This document shows, in pieces, positions 9,637-19,455 of a DNA stretch of 64,000 nt. Each line of letters starts with the position of its first letter. Within the stretch, counting starts at the first letter, position 1. Both the position numbers and the translations under genes were made by a program. The notes under the pieces were generated by a model. It saw nothing but the letters and a program-made list of their open reading frames with translations, ran no database searches and had not been told where the DNA came from. The stretch is from a virus, in IMG/VR virus record IMGVR_UViG_3300028392_000036, positions 1 to 64,000 of that record; one strand, 5' to 3'.

Positions 9637-9822
9637 TATAAATAAACATATGAAAGAAGTGTGTGTAGTAGCGCACACTTCCGTAAACAACAAGTTAGGC
9701 AAAATTCTCTACCGTAAAGGTAGGAAACACAGACAGGCTGTGTTAAAATAACCTTGTAGGCAACACATTTAAGTAAATCTTAAATTTTAAAATCATATTA
9801 ACGCATAGAAAGGCAACACAAT
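9637..9822 (+). promoter_or_regulatory. TATAAATA late promoter plus structured 5' leader of SSB gene
   Basis: TATAAATA at 9637-9644; hairpins at 9656-9681, 9709-9723, 9726-9744, 9767-9785; AGAAAGG RBS. Confidence 0.65.
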
Positions 9823-10815
9823 ATGGCATCATTAGCAGAAATTCGCGCACGTTTGCAAGCGGCAGAATCAAAAGGTGGATCATCCACTGAACGCGGAGAT
9901 AATTCAATTTACCCGCACTGGAATATGGAAGAAGGCCAATCGGCTACATTACGCTTCCTCCCCGACGGTAACACAAAAAACACATTCTTTTGGCAAGAAC
10001 GAGCAATGATTCGTTTGCCCTTCAACGGTGTCAAAGGAGAGATGGAATCCAAACAAGTTATGGTACAAGTACCTTGCGTGGAAATGTGGGGTGAGGCATG
10101 TCCCATCCTGGCAGAAGTACGCACCTGGTTCAAGGACAAAAGCCTTGAAGACATGGGTCGTAAGTACTGGAAGAAACGCAGTTACATCTTCCAAGGTTTC
10201 GTTCGCGAAAACCCTTTGAGCGATGACAAAACACCAGAGAATCCAATTCGTAGATTTATCATTGGTCCTCAAATCTTCACAACTATCAAAGGCGCCTTGA
10301 TGGATCCTGAGTTGGAAGAATTGCCAACAGACTACCTGCGTGGCCTGGACTTCCGTATTAGCAAAGGTGCCAAAGGCGGCTTTGCTGACTACAATGGTTC
10401 AAAGTGGGCTCGTAAAGAGTCAGCACTAACTGAGGTAGAACAAGCGGCTGTGGATCAATACGGTTTGTTTGACTTGAGTACATTCTTGCCCAAGAAACCA
10501 ACTGATGTTGAGTTGAAAGTTATCAAAGAGATGTTTGAAGCATCAGTAGATGGACAGCCATATGACACAGAACGTTGGGGACAATACTTCCGCCCTGCTG
10601 GTGTACAAGCACCTGCTGGTGGCTCCGCTCCAGCACCTGCTGTGGATGAAGATGCTCCTGCTCCAGTGGCAAAACCAGCACTCAAAGTAACTGCTCCTGT
10701 AAGCGACTTTGATGACGAAGAAGCACCAGCCGCTTCAGCACCAGTGTCGGCCGCTAAGCCAGCACAAAAAGCTGAAGATATCTTGGCAATGATTCGCGCA
10801 AGACAAGCAAAGTAA
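9823..10815 (+). CDS. Single-stranded DNA-binding protein (gp32-like)
   Basis: LRFLPDG, CVEMWGEACPI, KYWKKRSY, FADY..SKW motifs; acidic/Ala-rich tail. Confidence 0.88.
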   Translation: MASLAEIRARLQAAESKGGSSTERGDNSIYPHWNMEEGQSATLRFLPDGNTKNTFFWQERAMIRLPFNGVKGEMESKQVMVQVPCVEMWGEACPILAEVRTWFKDKSLEDMGRKYWKKRSYIFQGFVRENPLSDDKTPENPIRRFIIGPQIFTTIKGALMDPELEELPTDYLRGLDFRISKGAKGGFADYNGSKWARKESALTEVEQAAVDQYGLFDLSTFLPKKPTDVELKVIKEMFEASVDGQPYDTERWGQYFRPAGVQAPAGGSAPAPAVDEDAPAPVAKPALKVTAPVSDFDDEEAPAASAPVSAAKPAQKAEDILAMIRARQAK

Positions 10816-10817
10816 TC

Positions 10818-10842
10818 AACAAGGCCTTCGGGCCTTGTTTTA
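10818..10842 (+). terminator. Rho-independent terminator
   Basis: AACAAGGCC-TTCG-GGCCTTGTT-TT, with a C(UUCG)G tetraloop. Confidence 0.9.
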
Positions 10843-11625
10843 TTGTATATGCCAAAACTGTGTTGGACCCAAACTCATGATGTTATAGAACTTGCGGTTA
10901 TCGATCACGATGTGTACGAGTATTTTGTAGAGCAACTAAACGCTCACAGTCTCAATCAATACACAGTGTCAAACCTATGGTATGCCTCTCTGAGCCAAGA
11001 ATTACAAACACGTTTTCGACGTATACAATCTTTTGTTCACAATCGTTTGCAGTTGACCGACTTTGACTTTGAATTTGATCCCGGCAATCAAGATGATCTT
11101 AATCATTTACATAGCCAGTGGGTCAAGCTCCATCAACGTTTTCCTAACATTGATTTACTAGCCGACGCTGTGTCTCCTGGAGATATGGCCGCAATCAACA
11201 AGTTAGTACACGCTGTTGAAGAATCTACACAGAAGTTAAAAGCCACAACACCAAACCCAACCTACACAATGCCCAATCCTTTTGGTACACAAGTATTGGC
11301 ATTCGGAGTCTACAATATATCTGTAGCATACAACAATCTTGGCAGAACAACCTGGCAGAAATGGCAACACAATGATCCAACTACAGACACTGACCATAAT
11401 GACTTTGCAGAGATATATACCACATTGCGACTGAATGTGGGTCGACATGAAAAACGGACAGCGCCATTGGAATACCAGGCCTGGTGTGACCAACACAATT
11501 TACCTTGTGTGGGTAGCCAAATGCCATTGGCAAACTTTGACAAACTAGATCACAATCTGTTATACTATAGGCAATTGTTCTATAAGAATTCACTGATAGA
11601 AAATAATTTTATTACATTGGAGTAA
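10843..11625 (+). CDS. Hypothetical protein inserted between SSB and uvsX
   Basis: 260-aa ORF with no recognisable motif; start may be ATG 10849. Confidence 0.6.
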   Translation: MYMPKLCWTQTHDVIELAVIDHDVYEYFVEQLNAHSLNQYTVSNLWYASLSQELQTRFRRIQSFVHNRLQLTDFDFEFDPGNQDDLNHLHSQWVKLHQRFPNIDLLADAVSPGDMAAINKLVHAVEESTQKLKATTPNPTYTMPNPFGTQVLAFGVYNISVAYNNLGRTTWQKWQHNDPTTDTDHNDFAEIYTTLRLNVGRHEKRTAPLEYQAWCDQHNLPCVGSQMPLANFDKLDHNLLYYRQLFYKNSLIENNFITLE

Positions 11626-11627
11626 AC

Positions 11628-12686
11628 ATGGGAAAACCATTTGACGTAAGTAAGTTCCGCAAGGAAATCACTAAGAGCATTGATGGCCTTAGTATCGGAT
11701 TTAACGATCCAACTGATTGGATTAGTACAGGTAATTTTGCCTTGAACTATTTGATTAGTGGAGACTTTAACCGTGGCATTCCTTTAGGTAAGGTCACTGT
11801 GTTTGCCGGCGACTCAGGTGCAGGTAAAAGTTATATCTGTTCAGGTAACATTGTTAAACACGCACAAGAGCAAGGCATCTTTGTGGTGCTGATTGATAGT
11901 GAAAACGCATTAGACGAGGATTGGCTCAAAGCACTTGGGGTAGACACAAGCGATTCAAAACTTCTTAAATTAAGTATGGCCATGATTGATGATGTAGCAA
12001 AAACTATTTCAACATTCATGAGCGATTACAAAGCACTCGCAGAAGGCGAGCGCCCTAAAGTTATGTTTGTTATTGACTCGCTAGGCATGTTGTTAACACC
12101 CACAGATGTTAATCAATTTGATGCAGGTGAAATGAAAGGTGACTTGGGTCGCAAGCCCAAAGCACTTACTGCACTTGTTCGTAACTGCGTAAACATGTTC
12201 GGTAGTTACAATGTTGGCTTGGTATGTACTAACCACACATACGCCAGCCAGGATATGTTTGATCCAGACGATAAGATTAGCGGTGGACAAGGCTTTATCT
12301 ATGCAAGTTCAATTGTGGTTGCTATGAAGAAGATGAAACTCAAAGAAGATGAAGATGGCAACAAAGTGTCTGAAGTAAACGGTATTCGTGCAGGTTGCAA
12401 GGTTATGAAAACACGCTATGCAAAACCCTTTGAAGGTGTACAAGTCAAGATCCCCTACACAACAGGTATGAGTCCATACTCAGGTCTAGTTGACTTAATT
12501 GAGAAGAAAACAATGCTCAAGCGTGAAGGCAACAGCCTGGTGTTTACCACAAGCGAAGGTGAAGTTATCAAGAAGTTCCGCAAGGCCTGGGAAAAGAATG
12601 ATGAAGGATGCTTGGACAAGGTCATGGCAGACTTTGGAAATCAGAAAGCTGAGGTAAGTACTCCGGAGGAAACAGCAGATGAGTGA
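11628..12686 (+). CDS. uvsX: RecA-like recombinase UvsX
   Basis: Walker A GDSGAGKS, IDSENA, VIDSLG, NHTY, SGG.G..YASS. Confidence 0.93.
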   Translation: MGKPFDVSKFRKEITKSIDGLSIGFNDPTDWISTGNFALNYLISGDFNRGIPLGKVTVFAGDSGAGKSYICSGNIVKHAQEQGIFVVLIDSENALDEDWLKALGVDTSDSKLLKLSMAMIDDVAKTISTFMSDYKALAEGERPKVMFVIDSLGMLLTPTDVNQFDAGEMKGDLGRKPKALTALVRNCVNMFGSYNVGLVCTNHTYASQDMFDPDDKISGGQGFIYASSIVVAMKKMKLKEDEDGNKVSEVNGIRAGCKVMKTRYAKPFEGVQVKIPYTTGMSPYSGLVDLIEKKTMLKREGNSLVFTTSEGEVIKKFRKAWEKNDEGCLDKVMADFGNQKAEVSTPEETADE

Positions 12687-12945
12687 AGCAATAGCCAGTG
12701 AAATTTGGGGTGAACTCAAGCGTTTTGTAAACACAGTGGATCGTGCAGAAGCCGCCGAAACTGTGATACAGATCTTGATGGACAATGATTCGGACGTGGA
12801 AGATATTCGCAACGCTTTCAAAGGCGACACTGACATCAAACGTGCGCTAACAGCATACCTTGACAACGACAAGGATTATGTTGAAGAAGAGGACGAAGAA
12901 GTCGAAGACGAAGATTACAACGAAGACGAAGACTGGGAAAACTAA
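12679..12945 (+). CDS. Hypothetical protein with very acidic C-terminus
   Basis: 88 aa ending EEEDEEVEDEDYNEDEDWEN. Confidence 0.7.
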   Translation: MSEAIASEIWGELKRFVNTVDRAEAAETVIQILMDNDSDVEDIRNAFKGDTDIKRALTAYLDNDKDYVEEEDEEVEDEDYNEDEDWEN

Positions 12946-13397
12946 TGTGGTATAGCCGCGTAGTTGCCAGTTTAGGTGATATTCCAGACTTCATAAATCA
13001 TTATGAGCGTGAGCTCGAAGATGCCAAAAAAGACTGCAAGATCTACGGCGTAGTAGAAAAAAACATTACTGCATTGCCCGGTATAACTGAGCACCGTTTT
13101 AATCAGCTACAAGAGATTGAAGCAGTCTTGAACTATCTCAACATTCAACTGCGTAAAATACGTAGAAAGCACTTTCAAAAGTATTTGGAAGGTTATGCTC
13201 GGGCGTTAACTTCAAGAGATGCTGAAAAATATGTAGATGGTGAGGATGAAGTAATTGACTACGAAACCATCATCAACGAAGTGGCATACTTACGTAATCG
13301 TTGGCTGGGCATACTTAAAGGGCTAGACACTAAACAATGGCAAATGGGCCACGTGGTGCGGCTGAGAACTGCAGGTATGGAAGACATTCAGGTGTAA
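12945..13397 (+). CDS. uvsY: Recombination mediator UvsY-like
   Basis: Helical; KYLE.Y.RAL..RDAEKYVDGE, LKGLD.KQWQ, LRTAGMED; adjacent to uvsX. Confidence 0.75.
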   Translation: MWYSRVVASLGDIPDFINHYERELEDAKKDCKIYGVVEKNITALPGITEHRFNQLQEIEAVLNYLNIQLRKIRRKHFQKYLEGYARALTSRDAEKYVDGEDEVIDYETIINEVAYLRNRWLGILKGLDTKQWQMGHVVRLRTAGMEDIQV

Positions 13398-13405
13398 ATA
13401 TCTGC

Positions 13406-14095
13406 ATGAAAGATATCATACCAATCTTTGTTGGATACGATCCACGTGAAGCCATAGCCTACCATACTTGTGTTAATAGTATTATTAGAAATTCAAGTAA
13501 ACCTGTTAGCATTATACCAGTAGCTCTTAACTTGTTTCGGGACTACAACGAAACACACACTGATGGCAGTAACCACTTTATCTACACTCGATTTTTAGTC
13601 CCGTATCTTATGGGATTCAACGGATCTGCTATTTTTATCGACGGTGATATGATTGTACGCGGAGACATTGCAGAACTTTGGAACTTGAGAGATAGTACAA
13701 AAGATGTACAAGTGGTCAAGCACGACTACAAAACTCGGATGCCTGTAAAGTATCTTGGGTCAAAGAATGAAGACTATCCACGTAAAAATTGGTCCAGTGT
13801 CATACTATGGAACTGTAACAGTTTTCCCAATCGTAAACTTATGCCTGCATTTGTTCAACTTGCTACAGGGTCTGAACTACATAGGTTTTCGTGGTTAGAT
13901 GATTCTCGTATTGGTGAATTACCTCCTGAATGGAATTGGTTGCCCGATGAATACGGGCCAAACCCCGCGGCCAAGCTCTTGCACTATACCTTGGGCACTC
14001 CATGCTTTCACGAATTTGCTGACACTCCGATGGGGGACGAATGGCATAAAGAACGCATACTTACAGAATATTGTCAGCAAAGGTTGATAGAATGA
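13406..14095 (+). CDS. Glycosyltransferase (GT-A, GT8-like)
   Basis: FVGYDPRE, TRFLVPYL, IFIDGD (DxD), YPRKNWSSV, WNWL, LLHYT.GTP. Confidence 0.85.
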   Translation: MKDIIPIFVGYDPREAIAYHTCVNSIIRNSSKPVSIIPVALNLFRDYNETHTDGSNHFIYTRFLVPYLMGFNGSAIFIDGDMIVRGDIAELWNLRDSTKDVQVVKHDYKTRMPVKYLGSKNEDYPRKNWSSVILWNCNSFPNRKLMPAFVQLATGSELHRFSWLDDSRIGELPPEWNWLPDEYGPNPAAKLLHYTLGTPCFHEFADTPMGDEWHKERILTEYCQQRLIE

Positions 14096-15084
14096 CCTGG
14101 GAACTCGAAGACGAAACCTCGTACCTGCCGCCTGTTCCTCCTAGCCCGCCCGACCCGCATGTGTTGGATCAAGTGGTACCTGAGATACGAGAAATATTTG
14201 ATAACATACTAAAGTATCGTGTGGATCCTGCAGGATCCACTTACGGTATTACACTACAAACGCTGAGTGAACAACTGGCGGTATTGCCTGTAAACAACAT
14301 AGTAAGTACAGACAGTGAATACAGATACGAAAGAAAAGGACACATGTACGATCCTATCCTACAAAGTTTTGTACAAGGCGCAGGCGGGCAAATTAGTACC
14401 TGGGCCAAAGAAGAATTTAATATGACTCCGGTTGTGTTACGCGGTATTACCAAACGCAAACAAATGGAAGGATGTCGTCAGGCCGGAAGAGATTTCTACT
14501 ACATTGATACAGGATACTTCGGCAACGACAAGAAAAAACTGTACCACCGTATTACTAAAAACGATGTGCAATGGTTTGGTCCTGTTATAGAACGCCCAGG
14601 CGACAGACTAGAAAAAACCAATGTTAGACCAAAGAAAATGCGTTCTGGTACAAACATTCTTATTGCACCACCTAGTCAGAAGTTATTGAACAACTACGAT
14701 ATTATTTTAGAAGATTGGCTGGCCAGCGTACAAGAAGAAATCAAACAGTATACAGACCGCCCTGTTGTTATAAGAACCAAACAAGGACGTAGTACCAGAG
14801 TCAATGACGATACTATGGAGATGGCTCTAGATCGTGATGTTCATTGCTTGATTACATTCTCTAGTATTGCCGCAGGTGAAGCATTGTTACATGGCAAACC
14901 TGCAATTACACTAGGCCCTAATGCGGCCGGACCGTTATGTAGTCAAAGTCTCAGTGAAATAGAAACCCCACGTAAACCCAGTCTAGATGAAGTAGAAGCC
15001 TGGGCTCGGCACATAGCATATTGTCAATTTACAGAAGTGGAAATGCGTGATGGTACTGCCTGGCGCATATTAAACAATGCTTGA
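14092..15084 (+). CDS. Capsule-polysaccharide-biosynthesis-like (KpsS/KpsC-like GT-B) protein
   Basis: YYIDTGY, RPVVIR, TFSSIAAGEALLHGKP; paralog of the ORFs at 15077, 17844 and 19456. Confidence 0.6.
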   Translation: MTWELEDETSYLPPVPPSPPDPHVLDQVVPEIREIFDNILKYRVDPAGSTYGITLQTLSEQLAVLPVNNIVSTDSEYRYERKGHMYDPILQSFVQGAGGQISTWAKEEFNMTPVVLRGITKRKQMEGCRQAGRDFYYIDTGYFGNDKKKLYHRITKNDVQWFGPVIERPGDRLEKTNVRPKKMRSGTNILIAPPSQKLLNNYDIILEDWLASVQEEIKQYTDRPVVIRTKQGRSTRVNDDTMEMALDRDVHCLITFSSIAAGEALLHGKPAITLGPNAAGPLCSQSLSEIETPRKPSLDEVEAWARHIAYCQFTEVEMRDGTAWRILNNA

Positions 15085-16006
15085 TTGTGTAGTTTACGTT
15101 TCCAGTGTGGCCAATGTAAAAAAACACACTCGCAAAAGCCAATGTTTAGAAAGTTTTGCCACAGGTGTTGCTAGTTCAGGCGGTCAAGTACGTGTAGAAC
15201 ACAATTATGTTTACACCCCCAGTCGACTGGCAGTAATGTTAGGATGGGCAACTACCAACACCGGCGGACGTAACATAACCTTACGCAAAGAAATCATTGC
15301 TGAACAACGTCGACGTGGACTTCAAACCATGTGTATTGATGCCAGTTGCTGGAAATACATTGACGAAGGCAGTAGGTATCTACGCTATAGTTTGAATGGA
15401 CCGTTCTACGACCGTGCTGAATATGCTAATCATAATAGCGACAGCACCAAGTGGGATGAAATCAAACAAGCATTGCATATCAAATTGCAACCGCCGCGAT
15501 CAAACCTTCAAGGGGATATCTTGATGTGTATGCAACGTGATGGGGGCTTTGCTATGAAAGCACTTGACCCACTTGAGTGGTTGGATCAAAAGATTCAGCA
15601 AATACGCAAACATAGCCAACGCACAATTGTGATACGGCCGCACCCTGGTGATTATAGACCTGACGACTTTGTTCAGTATCACGGTCGTGCTGGTATAAAA
15701 ATAGTAGATCCAACAAATACTCAATTGGTAGACAACTTAAACGGTGCCCATGCCGCGGTATTCTTTAACAGTAGTGCAAGCGTAGCGGCTGTATGCGCCG
15801 GCATACCTGTGTTTGCGGATGATGTGAGTTGTGTGGCTTGGGCTGTGGCCAATCAAGATATTGCACAGATTGAATCTCCTGCGACATTTGCAAGAGAACA
15901 GTGGTTATACGATTTGGCTGCCGCACACTGGTCAGATGCGGATGCCCAGGCAGGGCGTATATGGAAAAAGTTTCAACCCTATTTGACTTCTACCACAACG
16001 TCATAA
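15077..16006 (+). CDS. KpsS-like glycan modification protein
   Basis: IVIRPHP, FNSSASVAAVCAGIP. Confidence 0.6.
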   Translation: MLDCVVYVSSVANVKKHTRKSQCLESFATGVASSGGQVRVEHNYVYTPSRLAVMLGWATTNTGGRNITLRKEIIAEQRRRGLQTMCIDASCWKYIDEGSRYLRYSLNGPFYDRAEYANHNSDSTKWDEIKQALHIKLQPPRSNLQGDILMCMQRDGGFAMKALDPLEWLDQKIQQIRKHSQRTIVIRPHPGDYRPDDFVQYHGRAGIKIVDPTNTQLVDNLNGAHAAVFFNSSASVAAVCAGIPVFADDVSCVAWAVANQDIAQIESPATFAREQWLYDLAAAHWSDADAQAGRIWKKFQPYLTSTTTS

Positions 16007-16536
16007 TTGTGCCCTACGACGTCGGGCCACTTGTGACTCTTGTCAAACTCAGTAATAGATTCTGACACAATAGAAATATCCATATTAGCCAGCAACTGTT
16101 CACGCCACCACACAGGTAACTCCACAATCAAGTGAGCATTGCGTCCGTCGGGCAGGTGTTTTTTTGCAGGATAACAAGCAATTCTAAACCAACCAGCAAC
16201 GATCATCTTGTCGCTGATTGTACGTAATGTTTCTGCTAGATGGTCGGGTTCAATATGCTCAAATACATCTGCACTGACCACAGCATCAAATGATCTTTTG
16301 GGAACTCGATTATGAGCAGGGTTACCAGGATCGTACCCTTCTACACGTATGTCAGGATAAGCCTGTTGTATGCTAGCCATCAACGCACCGTGCCCACAAC
16401 CAAAATCTAATACGCTGGTGGGTTGATACAGTTTGAGGAACGGTTGTATACTACCAAAAGTTTTGCTACCTCTAACAAAGCGGCCCTGGCTGTGCATAGT
16501 GGCTAGTTGAGCCTGATATTCGGGATCTACGATCAT
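15979..16536 (-). CDS. Class I SAM-dependent methyltransferase
   Basis: VLDFGCGHG, GYDPG, DVFEHI. Confidence 0.88.
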   Translation of the reverse strand: MIVDPEYQAQLATMHSQGRFVRGSKTFGSIQPFLKLYQPTSVLDFGCGHGALMASIQQAYPDIRVEGYDPGNPAHNRVPKRSFDAVVSADVFEHIEPDHLAETLRTISDKMIVAGWFRIACYPAKKHLPDGRNAHLIVELPVWWREQLLANMDISIVSESITEFDKSHKWPDVVGHNYDVVVEVK

Positions 16537-17210
16537 CGGTGATTTACCTCTACATATCGGTACTTACCAGTCCATATACTAGGAACATCTGTCCAGGTCC
16601 CGTTGAGTTGATCGTTGATCCATTCTGGATAGTGTTCGCGATCTTTCCACCACCAGAATAGATCACTGCCTTTCCAATTTTGATAGTAACTGCGAAAGAA
16701 CTCTCTAGTGCGAGGCTCTCGAAAGAACTTGGGATCATACATTGTCTTTTTTTCTTTGGCTTCTCGTTGAAAGTTAAGTCCGATAAAGCAAAACTTTGTG
16801 GCATAATTTTCCAAGGCTTCCCGTACCCAGATCATATCATCATCGGGAATACTGTTTAACACCTGTGTACAAATAACACCATCAAACTTGGCACCCGCAG
16901 GAGGTGGTTGCTCAAAGCCTGCCACACAAGGATCATACTTGTATACAGTTACACCCAGGTACTCGTCAAATGTTTTCCACTCGGATTCTGGTAACTCATG
17001 ACCAACAGCACCACCATAGGGCAGTCGTTCTTGGTATTGCAGTCCCTTGCCACAGCCGTAGTCTAATATAGTCCGGGCGCCGTAGTGATCTACCAGGCCC
17101 TTGATCTTTTTTTGATATTTTACAACATCATATCCTGCCCAGGCTTTGTTGCTTGCTTGAAACTCACGACCCTGGCGAACTGACTCTTCGTAGTATGAAC
17201 TTACTGCCAT
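16533..17210 (-). CDS. Class I SAM-dependent methyltransferase
   Basis: ILDYGCGKG, YDPC, FDGVICTQVL; start set at ATG 17210. Confidence 0.85.
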   Translation of the reverse strand: MAVSSYYEESVRQGREFQASNKAWAGYDVVKYQKKIKGLVDHYGARTILDYGCGKGLQYQERLPYGGAVGHELPESEWKTFDEYLGVTVYKYDPCVAGFEQPPPAGAKFDGVICTQVLNSIPDDDMIWVREALENYATKFCFIGLNFQREAKEKKTMYDPKFFREPRTREFFRSYYQNWKGSDLFWWWKDREHYPEWINDQLNGTWTDVPSIWTGKYRYVEVNHR

Positions 17211-17851
17211 CCCATGATCCAATCATCTCTAACTTGATCTAGTTTGGTCATCCCCCAACTTTGTAATAATTCAACCGCCGCAAACTGTCCGTATTGTTTG
17301 CTGTAAGCGTCGTGTGGTTTTTGCTCTATTACCACAACAGGTCTACAACGTCGAATAGTTTGTTCAGCACCTTGCAGTATACGATACTCATAGCCTTCAC
17401 AGTCAATTTTGATATAATTTATGTCGTGAAAGTTTAAGTTATCAAGACGCATAACTTTTACATCGCCGGTGCCCATGGTAGCAGGGTCAAGATGACTATG
17501 ACCTGAATTGTCTTCGGTAATGATCATAGTGCCCTGAGTATCTTGATCTCCTAATGCAAAAGGACTTATCCATAATTTTTCATTCTGGACATTTTTTTCC
17601 AAACATTCTCTAAATATCGACACTGGTTCAAACGCCATAACCTTACTAAAATGTTTCACAAGATCACGACTCCATAGGCCTACATTGGCACCGATGTCTA
17701 ACGCTACATCTCGTTTGTTGCATAACTCAATACTGCGACGGCGCACAGCCACTTGATATTCAGCTGGTAATCCTTTGTCCACGCTTTTCTTTAACATTTT
17801 TGGCAAGTGTGTTTCGAAGTCGGGAAATTGCCATCCATAATGTTCACGCAT
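17201..17851 (-). CDS. FkbM-family methyltransferase
   Basis: LDIGANVG, FEP, IKIDCEGYEYRILQGA. Confidence 0.92.
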   Translation of the reverse strand: MREHYGWQFPDFETHLPKMLKKSVDKGLPAEYQVAVRRRSIELCNKRDVALDIGANVGLWSRDLVKHFSKVMAFEPVSIFRECLEKNVQNEKLWISPFALGDQDTQGTMIITEDNSGHSHLDPATMGTGDVKVMRLDNLNFHDINYIKIDCEGYEYRILQGAEQTIRRCRPVVVIEQKPHDAYSKQYGQFAAVELLQSWGMTKLDQVRDDWIMGWQ

Positions 17852-18647
17852 TTTGAGTCTCCTTGAGTATTGCGGCTGCGGTGCCATCTGCTAGTTCTGT
17901 GGTATGGAATTGTCCATACGCCAAGTGACAGGCCCACTTATATACCTGGTCACTGTCTGGGAACCAAGGTGTTTCTATAGTGCTTAAATCTGTATTGCTT
18001 ACAGGACGTGCGGCATTGGCGGGTGCTGTGACAAATGTCGGCACTCCAGCCAGCACTGCTTCTGTTGCGGCTGTGCTGTTAAATGTAACTATGGCATGCA
18101 CATCGTTTAACCACTCTTCTGGCCGTTGTGTTTTGCGATCCCATCTTGATGCAGGGCGTTCTCTCATGCGTATAGGGCGATCAGTGTGTTGCTTGATAGT
18201 ATTGACTGTGGTCTTTAGCCACTCGTCTAGTGTGATGCCGTAGAACGTGCAAGGTTTTTCGTCAGGGGCAACTACAAGTATGTCTCTGCAGTGATTCTGC
18301 CGGGGACGAATTTTTACGTTTAATCTCTGGAATCTATCTGCGGGCCTATCAATTACTGCTCCGTGTTGTAGATCGTTGGGTACAATTCTATGCCAAAATT
18401 TCCAACCGTTGGGATTGGCCATACTGGGTCTATTACCCAAGTAACCTGAATCCATATAATAGAACTGTCTATGATCCGCCCAACAACGTCGGATAATCTT
18501 GTGTTTCATGATACCACGTAACACAAGTGGAGCATCACTGTCTTCGTAGTGCCATGTTTCTAAACAAGTAGGTACAGTACTAGATCCTGCCGCAAACATT
18601 TCAATGTACTCATCGGCGTTGTTTTTGTTTAGGAATATCCAGGTCAT
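17844..18647 (-). CDS. KpsS-like glycan modification protein
   Basis: LVLRGI.K, YYMDSGY, RPIRMRERP, FNSTAATEAVLAGVP. Confidence 0.6.
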   Translation of the reverse strand: MTWIFLNKNNADEYIEMFAAGSSTVPTCLETWHYEDSDAPLVLRGIMKHKIIRRCWADHRQFYYMDSGYLGNRPSMANPNGWKFWHRIVPNDLQHGAVIDRPADRFQRLNVKIRPRQNHCRDILVVAPDEKPCTFYGITLDEWLKTTVNTIKQHTDRPIRMRERPASRWDRKTQRPEEWLNDVHAIVTFNSTAATEAVLAGVPTFVTAPANAARPVSNTDLSTIETPWFPDSDQVYKWACHLAYGQFHTTELADGTAAAILKETQNA

Positions 18648-19444
18648 TGCCAGTATGCTTCTGTCCGTTTTACTTTTAGATCCGCTCGTTTGCTACGACC
18701 CTGATCTTTTCTAGCACCTTTGAGATGATCCAAGTATGCGCCCCATTCGCAGTTGATCAAGGGATGACCTTCACCTGTGATCAAATGTCCAGACCAATCT
18801 AGTTCAACAAGATTACATTGCTTTCTTACAGCATCAAACACAAATGAGTCATGCCATTCTTCAAGAGTAAATATTCCGTGTTCAGCATCATCATAATAAC
18901 GCTGAAACAGTTGTAAGAAAGTTTTCACAGCCGGACGACCAAGATTCATTGCATACAATCCGCATTCGGTATATTTGTCTTTACGTCCTAAAAAACATAG
19001 ATCTCTGTCTGGGGGACACAACCGATCTAGATCTGCTAATGTAATAGGACTGTGGCATACTGTATCCGCGTCCATCCATATCAACCAATCGGTACTGATA
19101 GCTCTAGCACAGTGAAATATTGAATATACTTTATGAGCAAAACGCACAGCGTTCCATTTGAATCCTTTGCTAGAATCTTTTCTTTTGTTACGAACAGGAT
19201 CGTCACTAACATCTCCGTTGGCTCGCGGTATATCTTGCCATACTGCTTTAAATGTAGTTAATGCATCAGCTACAGCAATACCATGTATCACAAGATTAGG
19301 TGCTGTTTCGGCAATGGTACAATCTTCTGCATAAACCACAAGGGTAACTTCTTGCGGCCAGTTCTGTAGAAAGGTCTGGATCATGCGTTGGCCGTATTGT
19401 TTATAGCCAGGCTCGTTAAAGGTGGTAATTACTGTGTACTTCAT
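18644..19444 (-). CDS. Glycosyltransferase (GT-A)
   Basis: RFAHKVY, LIWMDAD (DxD), EWHDS, DHLKG. Confidence 0.75.
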   Translation of the reverse strand: MKYTVITTFNEPGYKQYGQRMIQTFLQNWPQEVTLVVYAEDCTIAETAPNLVIHGIAVADALTTFKAVWQDIPRANGDVSDDPVRNKRKDSSKGFKWNAVRFAHKVYSIFHCARAISTDWLIWMDADTVCHSPITLADLDRLCPPDRDLCFLGRKDKYTECGLYAMNLGRPAVKTFLQLFQRYYDDAEHGIFTLEEWHDSFVFDAVRKQCNLVELDWSGHLITGEGHPLINCEWGAYLDHLKGARKDQGRSKRADLKVKRTEAYWQ

Positions 19445-19455
19445 TAAAAATACTT

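Noticed and set aside
15979-19444. Invertible (phase-variable) segment
   Set aside because: No flanking inverted repeats or recombinase seen; genes overlap or abut at both ends.
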